The notes below the pieces were generated by a model. The model ran no database searches and was not told where the DNA came from. It saw only the letters and a program-made list of their open reading frames with translations. A stretch of DNA of 64,000 nt from Octopus bimaculoides. Its lineage: Eukaryota. The stretch is taken from contig NC_068991.1 in the NCBI RefSeq assembly GCF_001194135.2, positions 66,338,523 through 66,402,522 on the forward strand, in the 5' to 3' direction. Made by a program: the position numbers and the translations under genes. This document shows positions 14,326 to 24,924 of this stretch, in pieces. How positions within the stretch are numbered: the first letter of the stretch is position 1; the number at the start of each line of letters is the position of its first letter.

Positions 14326-14534
14326 GTTGTAATAATAACACTAACAATCCAAAGGCAAGATGGTCATGGTTTGAAAATTTTGATCATAGGTCTTCTTGAT
14401 GAGAGTTGACCTAGTGTTAAACAACAACAAGAAGGAGGATGGAGGTTAACCCTGATAATCTCTAGACTGAGGTGTATAGCAACAAGTTTGATGATTATAT
14501 ATAGCCACAGGTATGTAGATAAATAAACAACAGG

Positions 14535-14738
14535 TTAGGAGCTGGCACTGTGGGAGGGGAAGAAATAAAAACTTCTTATGTCAGTGTATGCATGTATGAG
14601 TGTGTGTACGTGTGTGATGTTTGTATGCATGTGTATATGCATGCGTGTAATGTTTGTATGCATGCGTGTGTGTGTGTGTGTGTGTGGATGTATGTGCATG
14701 CATGTGTGTATATAGAGATTCATGCTTATGTATGGATG

Positions 14739-14780
<42 letters not shown>

Positions 14781-14899
14781 GGTATTTCTAGGTAACATGC
14801 TCGTATATGTATATGTAAGCATGTGTATGTGTGCACGTGTGTATGTATGTGTGTGCATGCATGTGTGTATATAGAGATTCATGCTTATGTATGGATGCA

Positions 14900-14930
<31 letters not shown>

Positions 14931-15075
14931 TTATAGGCAAACACATGTTTATATGTGTGTGAGTGTGTGTGTGTGCAGATATAGGTATGTCTAGGTAACA
15001 TGCTCGTGTATGTATATGTGAGTGTCTACGTGTAAGAGTGTTCATGTAACATTTGTGTACATGTCTATACACGAA

Positions 15076-15124
<49 letters not shown>

Positions 15125-15230
15125 ATGCACACAAACGTGTATATGTGCATATATGTATATGCACACATAAATATATGCAAGTGTATGTGTGAGCGTGCAT
15201 ATATGCATTCTTGCACATGTCTGCAAATCC
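14535..15230. repeat. Compound (TG/TA/TGCA) low-complexity array with internal duplications
   Basis: GTGTATATAGAGATTCATGCTTATGTATGG and AGATATAGGTAT.TCTAGGTAACATGCTCGT each occur twice. Confidence 0.85.
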
Positions 15231-15654
15231 AGGTGTTATTATTATAATTGCATGAGATGCAGCTGTTTCATTGAGGATGTAGGTAGACAGAAAGATGTTA
15301 GTAGACATCATCACCATCATAGCAACAGCAGCAGCAGCCTTGAAAATTGTGTAAAGATGCATGGATAATAGGGGTGGGATTAGACTGTGCATATGTGCAA
15401 GAGTGCATCTACGTGAACATGTGCTTATATGTGTATGTAAATGCAGGTATTGTGATCATTGCATGAGAGGTAGCTGTTTTGTTGAAGGTATGGCAGGTAG
15501 ATGTTTGTTTACACCTTTGTCAGCTTCAGCAGCCTTGAAATTAGTGCAAGGCTGTGCAACAGAGGGGGTGGTGGTGGTGGTGGTGGTGGTGGATCAGATA
15601 AACATATGCTGTCTAAACTGGAGGGTAGAGAGAAAAAGTGCATGTATGAAAGAG

Positions 15655-15658
15655 AGAC

Positions 15659-15700
<42 letters not shown>

Positions 15701-16121
15701 AGGGGGGAGAGAGAGAGAGAAGGGGGAGAGAGAGAGAGATAGACAGAGAGAGAGAGAGATAGACAGAGAGAGAGAGAGATAGACAGAGAGAGAGATAGTT
15801 AGATAGACAGAAAGAGACAGAGAGAGAGAGAAATAGAGAGAGAGTGAAATAGAGAGAGAGAGAGAGAGAAATAGACAGAGAAAGACAGAGAGACAGTAAA
15901 GGAGAGAGCGACAGAGAGACAGTAAAGGAGAGAGCGACAGAGAGGGAGTCAGAGAAAGACCGAGAGAGAGAGAGAGAGAGAGTTAAAGTGAGAGAGCGAC
16001 AGAGAGAGAGAGTTAGAGAGTGAAGAGAGAGAGAGAGTCAAAGAGACAGAGATAGAGAGATAGACAGAAAGACAGAGATGGAGAAATAGACAGAAAGATT
16101 GACAGAAAGTTAGACAGAGAC

Positions 16122-16175
<54 letters not shown>

Positions 16176-16426
16176 AATAGACAGAGAAAGAAAGAATTAG
16201 ACAGAGAAAGACAGAGAGACAGTAAAGGAGAGAGAGACAGATAGGGAGTCAGAGAAAGACCGAGAGAGAGAGAGAGTCAGAGTGAGAGAGCGACATAGAG
16301 AGAGTTAGAGAGTGAGAGAGAGAGTTAGAGAGTGACAGAGGGAGAGAGAGTCAAAGAGCAACAGAGAGACAGAGATAGACAGAAAGACAGAGAGATGGAG
16401 AAATAGACAGAAAGTTAATCAGACAT

Positions 16427-16465
<39 letters not shown>
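15655..16465. repeat. ~810-bp (GA)-rich polypurine tract with a higher-order duplication
   Basis: GACAGTAAAGGAGAGAG...GGGAGTCAGAGAAAGACCGAG occurs at about 15900 and 16215. Confidence 0.9.
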
Positions 16466-16468
<3 letters not shown>

Positions 16469-16921
16469 GGTAGGGGGTACTGTAAATATTTCAAACTTGT
16501 AGCCAGTAGGTAAGTTAGTACTCACTACTTAGTGCAACTGACCCCCTAAGGTGGTTAAAATAGATAAAAAAAGATTGTACAAATGAAGAAGCTATATAAA
16601 GCTTAGGAGGATATTGAGTTTGCTGTTATCCACCCACTGAAATTTCTTGTATTATTATGCCTTGTAATATTGTGTGACCGATTCTTCTAGTTACTGTCAT
16701 TTAACCCCAGATCAGCCTTCAACCAGCAGACAGAAGGTATTCCAGCTGAGGCTATACCAACCCTAATGCCATTCCCATTAAAACAATCCTGTCTTTTATA
16801 TTATCCAATGTGTTCTTTCTTTTAAAAGACAAAAAAGTGGGATTCAAGGGTGATCTGGACGTATTTTTAGCAGGTTGAGTGACATTTGGTTTATAATACT
16901 GAAGATTAGCATGAGTTAGAG

Positions 16922-17269
16922 CAGTAGTTCTCAATCGAGGTTCATATGGCCCCTAAGGGTCCATATAAGATTTTTAAGGTCCAGGTAATAAAATAGTAAG
17001 TTGGGAAATCACAATAGCATTTCAAGGGCCCCTGGAAAAATTCTGCTTTAGATGTATGTATTGGTATGTATTGCAAGAAACAGCTGGGTTTCTTTCTCTA
17101 ACATTTTACATAGCTCCACCTACACAAGTTAATGTGTGAAAAACAAAATAGGAATTTTGAAAGTAATTTCTGTAAAACTAGTTTTCAAACATTGAATGGC
17201 TATGGGGTCCACCAGAATAAAATAGTAATCTAAGGGATCTATAAGTTAAAAAATCGTTGAGAACCCCAG
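16922..17269. mobile_element. hAT (Charlie-like) MITE, same family, opposite orientation, 8-bp TSD
   Basis: TIRs CAGTAGTTCTCAA...TTGAGAACCCCAG. Perfect TSD AGTTAGAG at 16914-16921 and 17270-17277. Confidence 0.85.
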
Positions 17270-17500
17270 AGTTAGAGAAAGGGTACTGGTAACAGCGACC
17301 CTTAAGAATAGAGCTATATAACCAAGAAGAAGGCAATGGTCTGTGAAGGTTAGGGATTCAGTCTCTATTTCTTAAAATAGAAACTTAATTAGGGTCTTAA
17401 CAAAGAATCAAAACAATTGATATTCTTTACATGTTTGCTTTCTGAGCTTGTTAATGTTATTCAAATTTTTGCCAAAAACTAACAACAACAAATAATAAAA

Positions 17501-17535
<35 letters not shown>

Positions 17536-17733
17536 AAATAATGATGATGATGATTTCTTTAATAACGACAACAATAACAATGTGGGTGAACGATGAATGC
17601 AACAAAAACAGCAACAAAGAAATTGGCATCGGAGTTGCTCAAACAGAGGTTGACCTAATTGTTTAGACAGGAATTATCCTGAAAGCCAAGGATTGTTGTG
17701 TAGGTGTGAATGGATAGACACGCCTCCCTCAGA

Positions 17734-17780
<47 letters not shown>

Positions 17781-17866
17781 AATAAAGAGAAAAAAAACAC
17801 CAAATAATGTGCACAATAACAACAACAACAATAATAATGATAATAATAATAATATAGTAATAATGG

Positions 17867-17905
<39 letters not shown>

Positions 17906-18815
17906 CTCTATTTGTTAGAAAGGCAACTCATAATATTTAGATGTGTTAGCATATAAAAAACAAACAAAAAAAAAAACAAACAATCTTTTCAGGAAATACG
18001 CAAACATTAATCCACCATCCTTGTATTGGAATCATTATCATCACTATCATCATCGCCATCACAAATGACTTGCTTCCACCTTTACCACCATCACTGCTAC
18101 TATCATCACCCTACTATGATGATGGTGATGGTTATAACACAGTCAGCACTGCCACTAACACCACTGCATTCCTAGCCATCATTAACACCACCATCAGCAG
18201 AAGCAGCACCACCACTACCATTACTGTCTACACCATCATCAACCTGGTCATTATCTTCATTGCCAACATCACCATCTTCGTTTTCCCACCACCATCACCA
18301 CCATCATCAGTTTCAAACAGACACTATGTAGTGCACATATCTAAATATAGATAAACATATAATGATGGAAATTTAATCATGTAAAGAATATGTATGTGAG
18401 AATGCAAATAGAGTTTCTTATTAAGGAGTATGTGAGTGAGTGAAGGGTGTATCTTGTTACATAGAGTACACGATACTCATTGAGCGAGTACAGAGAGTCA
18501 CTTCAGGGAGCAGCTAATTGCGAACAGACTAGTGTATTAAGGAGAGTTTTGACATGGTGTTAGTTCCTTGTAAAAAGCACTTGTGCTGGTGTCACATAAA
18601 AAGCATCTAGTACATTCTCTTAAGTGGCTGGCATTAGAAAGTGGTATCCAGTGGTATCAAAAAGAGACAATGGATGCTGGTGCAGCTCTCCAGCTTGCCA
18701 GTTCCTGTCAAATTGTCCAGCTCAAGCCAGCACAGAAGACAAATGTTAAATGATGATGAAGACGATAGAGTATATGATATTGGGGCATGGCTGTGTGGTT
18801 AAGAAGCTTGTTAGG

Positions 18816-18854
18816 CTTCACTGATGAGATCATAAGACCAAAACGTGCCTGAAG
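18816..18854 (+). ncRNA. Degenerate minimal type I hammerhead-ribozyme-like motif
   Basis: CTTCA-CTGATGA-GATC-ATAA-GACC-AAAAC-GT-GCC-TGAAG. Stem I CTTCA/TGAAG pairs perfectly; a few transitions restore GGTC/GACC, GAAAC and GTC. Confidence 0.55.
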
Positions 18855-20203
18855 TTGTCTCCCATATTTGCCAGAAAACTAAAAGTAGTATTAGTCATTA
18901 GATAATACTATTTTTTTCTTCGCTGCCACTTAATTATTTTTAATTAGCTTATTAAAGCTCTGTGTACTTAATAGGTTAAACACTAACTTATGTAACGAAC
19001 TTAACACAAACAACCAACTATCTCTACGGTACACACATGCACGTACACACACATGCACACACACACACACACGCACGAAGACATTTAATTAGTCTAGAGT
19101 ATTATTAATTCAAATATATTTTCAAAACTGTAGTTTTCCACTAATTGATATAAAGGGAAATACAAAAAGAAAAATATCTCTTCTAAAAACAGGTGCAAAA
19201 CCAAATAGGTTAATATGTTTCATAACGAGAGATACTTGAAAATGATACAGGTAACTAATTATAGAACTTAAATAGAAATCTTAAACTGTTAAAAGCAGGA
19301 AATTTATACAGGAGGGTATGAATGCTGTCTAGTCGATAGATTGATCATATGGTTGAAAGCATTCCAGCTGTGACCATCCTGTATATTTCTTTACATTTTT
19401 AAAAACTTTTCAGATAGATGTATTCAGGGCTTGATAATTCAATATATTCTAGCCTTCTTTTTTTAATGGCAGTAGTATCTAATAAGTGGAAGGTTTGGTT
19501 GCTACAGGTTGAGCAACCAAATAAAAATGCCCCACCACTACTACCACTACAATTTGCTTAAAAAAAAAACTACAATAGCAAAAAAAAGCATGAACATTTT
19601 TTGGACAGGGTCCTTCTTTGGAGAACATTCTTGTTAGTTCTGCTTGAAATCTGAATATTTCTTTTCCTGTATATAACTACTGTTAGTTAGGCAACACCCT
19701 AAATCTATAATTAATGCAAGTAGTGGTAGTGGTTTGTGATAGTAGTAGTAGTAGTAGTAGATGTAGTAGTACAGAAGGCTGTGAAGTAGCTTAAGTTAGT
19801 TACAGATGTTCAGTTATACTAGTATGACTATCGTTATCAAACCATAACTATATCAGAGAATATGTATAAAATGGGCGTGTCCCTTGAAATAGGAGACGTG
19901 GCAGCTGTTGTTAGCGACAGGTTACCAAACCTGAAGCGCACACTAACTATGATATTGGTATACTAATACTACTACCACTTTCTTCATATTATTTAGGCAC
20001 AAGGCCAGTAGTTATTCAGGAGAGGCAGGTAGTCGATACTATCGACTCCAGTACTTGACTAACATTTTATTTCATTGACATTGGGAGAGTTAAAAGGCCT
20101 AGTGGATCTCAGTGCAATTTGAACTCAGGACGTAGAGGGTTGGAACAAATACTGCAAAGCAATTTTTTCTGATGCTCTAATCATTTTGCCAACCTACAAC
20201 CCC

Positions 20204-20235
<32 letters not shown>

Positions 20236-20624
20236 TAATAATACATTTTGTTTTAAATTTTAAGCTACAGGAGCACAGATGAGGAGGACAGCATGAGGAC
20301 AGACAATTTGTGTAGGAATTTACGTAAAGGACAAGGAGAAAGAAATGGAAAAAAACCCAATTAAATGCGATAAAAGTATACAAAGTATGTATGCATGAAT
20401 GATGCAGTCCTTTTGATACAGGAGTAACCCCACCTGGGGCCAAATCAAGGAAATCCACAGAAAACCTGAATTACCCTGACCACCAAAGGCACGAGCCCTC
20501 TCTCATGGTCTCCAATCTACAAGAGTATAATTAGGGAATAATAATAATAATAATAAAATTTTAAAAAATAAATGTGCCCTTTTAAAGTCTAACCAGGCTC
20601 ATGGGCCCGGTTTCCTGGTTTCAA

Positions 20625-20818
20625 TGGCGTATGTATTCCCCAGCTGCATGGGACACCAGTCCATTGCAGCGTTACTCATTTTTGCCAGCTGAGTGGATTG
20701 GAGCAATGTGAAATGAAGTGTTTTGCTCAAGAACACAACGCGTCACCAGGTCCAGGAATCGAAACCACAATCTTATGATCATGATGCTGACACCCTAAAC
20801 ACTAAGCTACGAGCATCC
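20625..20818 (-). mobile_element. tRNA-derived SINE, family E (V-domain-like centre); further copies at about 9478-9645 (-), 11462-11635 (+) and 45617-45860 (+)
   Basis: Minus strand reads TAGTGTTTAGGGTG...GTTTCGATTCCTGG...CCACTCAGCTGGCAAAAATGAGTAA...CAATGGACTGGTGTCCC, similar to the V-SINE GATGGACTGGCGTCCC motif. Confidence 0.7.
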
Positions 20819-20841
20819 ACAATAATAATAATAATAATAAA

Positions 20842-21397
20842 ATGCCCTGATGCAGTACCAGACAGTGGCTCTCATGGCTTCTTATCTTAACTGATTGGAA
20901 GTGTTATCATGTACATTGTTTTGTCTTGGTATAAAAGATGGGCTACAGCAAATATTTTGCTCAATACCTCAGATTTGCTTGTTAGTTGTTTGACCTTAAC
21001 CAGTTGAGCATGTCCCTTGGTGGCTGACGATATGTGCATCTCTGATCATGAGCAGAAGTAGTGGGGGAGCATCATAGCCATGTGTTGAGAGTAATTCTTT
21101 GGGGTTTCAATAATTCACCTTTGGAAACATGGGTGTTTTGCTCAACATCCTTAAACAAACCTTATTCAGGAACCTTTTGAGCAGGATGGGCTACTCGACC
21201 TGAAGAAAATTCTAACTGGGCCCCACCTGCGAGGTCATGCGCTGTTTATCTTGATATGAGATCACCATGTCATGCACATATGGTTGTGATGCATGTGCCT
21301 GGTGTACCCTTATCAGACGGGTAGTCATGATGGGTATACTGGGCTTCGTATACTTTACCCCAGTGTCACTTTGATGGCATGTACGGCTCTCTCACTC
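20842..21397 (+). mobile_element. ~560-bp element, family F, flanked on both sides by (AAT)n
   Basis: Colinear end to end with the reverse complement of 41944-42502. Confidence 0.8.
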
Positions 21398-21439
<42 letters not shown>

Positions 21440-21443
<4 letters not shown>

Positions 21444-21822
21444 GTAATAATAATAATAACAATCCTTTCTACTAAAAGCACAAAGCCTGAAATTTGGAGG
21501 AGGGGACTAATCAATTACATTGACCCCAGTGTTCCACTGGTACTTAAGTTATCGACCCTGAAAGGATGAAGGACAAAGTCGACCTTGGTGGAATTTGAAC
21601 TCAGAGCAATAATAATCCTTTCTACTATAAGCCTGAAATTTTGGTGGAAGAGGGTAGTTGATAACATTAATCCTAGTACTTGACAGGTATTTATTCTATC
21701 GACCTGGAAAAGATGAAAGGCAAAGTTGACCTTGGTGGAATTTCAATTCAGAACACAAACACAGATGAACTGCTGCCAAACATTTTGTCTGGCGTGCTAA
21801 TGCTTCTTCCAGCTCACTCCCC

Positions 21823-21869
<47 letters not shown>

Positions 21870-22094
21870 CCTTTCTACTGATAGCATAAGGCCTGAAATT
21901 TGGTGGGGAGAGGACTAGTCAATTACATTGACTCCAGTGTTTTACTGGTATTTAATTTATTGACCCTGAAAGGATGAAAAGCAAAGCCAACCTTGGCGGA
22001 ATTTGAACTCACAACATAGCGATAGGCAAAATACAGCTAAGCATTTTGTCCAGTGTGCTAACAATTCTGTCAGTTCACCACCTTAATAATAATA

Positions 22095-22144
<50 letters not shown>

Positions 22145-24020
22145 GGTTAGTTAATATTATTGACCCTAGGACTTGACTTGTACTTAATTTTATCAACCTC
22201 ACAAGGATGAAAAGCGAGGCTGACCTCCTTAAACTTTGAATTCAGAATATAAAGCTGGAAGAAATAATAATTCTTTCAAATTTTGGCACAAGGCCAACAA
22301 TTTTGAGTGGAGAGGACAAGTCAATTACATTAACCCCAGTCCTTAATTGGTTCTTTATTTTATTGACCTTAAAAAGATGAAAGCTGAGGCTGACCTTGTT
22401 GGGACTTGAACTCAGAATGCAAAAAGATTAACAAATACCATAAGGAATTATTTCAACTCTGCCTATGCAAAAGAACTTTAATGTGAGGGACAAGATGACA
22501 AATTTTGAAAGAGGAAGCAGTGAATTAATTCGAGGCTATATCATATGAAAGAAAAGCTTACTTAAAAAGAATTTGAACTCAGAACAAAAACACCTGAGAC
22601 TAAAGAGTGCAAGCTATTTTGTTTGGCACTCAACCAATTTCCATATCCACTGTTGTAATGGTTAGCAAGCATAATAATTTCTAAATGTATATATAAAAAA
22701 AGTACAAAAGAATAATAATTCTTCCTAATTTTGGTACAAGGCCAGCAATTTTGAGGGGAGGGGGCTAGTTGATTACAGTGACTCCTGTACTTGACTGGTA
22801 CTATATTTCCTCGATTCTGAACGGACAAAATGCAAAGCTGACCTCAGCTGAATTTGAACCTAGAGAATAAAGAGCTAGAAGAAATATCTCTAAGCATTTT
22901 ATCCAATGCACTAACAATTCGGCCAGCTTGCAGCCAATAATAATAACAACGGTTAATAATACAAAAAAGAATATTATTATTGTTATAAATCGAAGTCGAA
23001 CCAAATTCGACGACTGGCATCCATGCCAACCTTTCCTTCATTGGACACTAAATTCTGCTTGCGAAGACCCGTTTGGAGCAAGTGGAATCGAAATCGTAAT
23101 TGAACCAAATTCGATGACTGGCACCTGTGCCAGTGGAGTGCTAATAGCACCGTCCGAGCGTGATCATTGCCAGAGCAGCTGTCTGGCTTCTGTGCCAGTG
23201 GCATGTAAATAGCACCATTTGAGCGTGATTGTTACCAGCATCACCTTACTGGCACGTGAAAAAACATTCGAGCGAGGTCGTTGCCAGTGCCGCTGGACTG
23301 GCTCCTGTGCAGATGGCATGTAAAAAACACCATTGCCTTACTGGCCTTAATGCCGGTGGCACATAAAAGCACCCACTACACTCTCATAGTGGTTGGTGTT
23401 AGGAAGGGCATCCAGCTGTAGAAACTCTGCCAGATCAGATAGGAGCCTGGTGCAGCCATCTGGTTTGCCAGTCCTCAGTCAAATCGTCCAACCCATGCTA
23501 GCATGGAAAGCGGACGTTAAACGATGATGATGATGATGACGTTATAATTATTATTAAGGCAGTGAGCTGGTAGGATCATTTGCACACCAGGCAAAATGCT
23601 TAGTGGCATTTCGTCTGGCTTTAAGTTCTGAGTTTAAATTCTGCTGAGGTCAACTTTGCCTTTCATTTTTTTGGGGCCAATAAAATAAGCACCAGTTGAG
23701 CATTGGGGTCAATATAATCGACTTACCCCAACCCCATGAATTTTCAGGCATTGTGCCAATAGTAGAAAGGATTACTTTTATTATTATAGGCAGCGAGCTG
23801 GAAGAATTGTTAGCACGCTGGACGAAATGTTTAGCAGTATTACACCTGTTGCTCCATTCAGAGTTCAAATTCCGCCAACGTCAATTTTGCCTTTCATCCT
23901 TTTGGGGTTGATAAAATAAGTACCAGTTCAGCACTGAGATCAATGTAACCGATTCATCCCCTCCCCCAAAATTGCTGCCCTTGTGGCAAAATTTGAAATT
24001 ATTATTATTATTATTATTAT
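21440..24020. mobile_element. Cluster of roughly nine SINE family C copies/fragments (tRNA head, GGTCGACTTTGCCTTTCATCC central domain, (ATT)n tail)
   Basis: Minus-strand copies at about 21460-22935 and plus-strand copies at about 23545-24020, separated by (AAT)n/(GAT)n runs. The central domain resembles the Meta-type SINE domain (assignment not certain). Confidence 0.8.
22985..23540 (+). mobile_element. Family D retroposon with internal tandem units and (GAT)n tail, longest copy
   Basis: Several degenerate GACTGGC...GTGGCA.GTAAAA units, then GTTAGGAAGGGCATCCAGCTGTAG...GCATGGAAAGCGGACGTTAAAC(GAT)n. Confidence 0.8.
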
Positions 24021-24163
24021 TTCTTTTTATCACAGGTTTTGTTGGAACTCCTGGAGTCATGCATGCGCAGTGGGCTTGCTACCTCCTGTCTAAGGTACCA
24101 TGCTATCTGTTCTTTTCAGCTATCTAAAGCTTTCCTGATTATTCTGGTCATGCTAAGGAATTG

Positions 24164-24197
<34 letters not shown>

Positions 24198-24845
24198 CAT
24201 TATTATTATTATTATTATCATTATAATTACTATCAATGTTGTTGCTTAACCCCAGGCCAGCTATAAATGAGTGTGTATATATAGTTTCAGGTTATCCTTG
24301 AGCAAGTAGATCCTTTATAACATCTTTTCTTTCCAGATTAATGTACATAAAATTACATTATAAAATGTATCTTTACTCTTTTAAGACATTAGGGTTGTGA
24401 TTTAAGGGAAATTTGCATGCTATTTTTAGCAGACTGAGCAGACTTGTAGATGCTCCCTCATTAGCTCATTAGAAGTTAATGCCTTTGATAAGGTGTGCTG
24501 AATAAGGGGTAATCTCCTGCCTGGCATGCTGATCCTGAAATCTTATTTCAATTCCTTTATAAGCTATTATAAACACCCAAACATCTCCATCTTCTCTCTT
24601 CTGGAATAATCAGAAGCAATCAATAATAGAGACATACAAACTTTTAATAGGCAGTATTGACAGATTATAAGCATACATATACACACTCACACATATACTC
24701 ATATATACACACAGCAGAGAAACATGCACACACATGAAGGTATACAATATACAGACGTGGAGATATAGGCTTTCTTAAACACAATAGTTGTCAAGTAGAT
24801 AGATATCTACTCCAAGCTGGACATTGTCTCTGCTTTGTGAAAATT

Positions 24846-24924
<79 letters not shown>

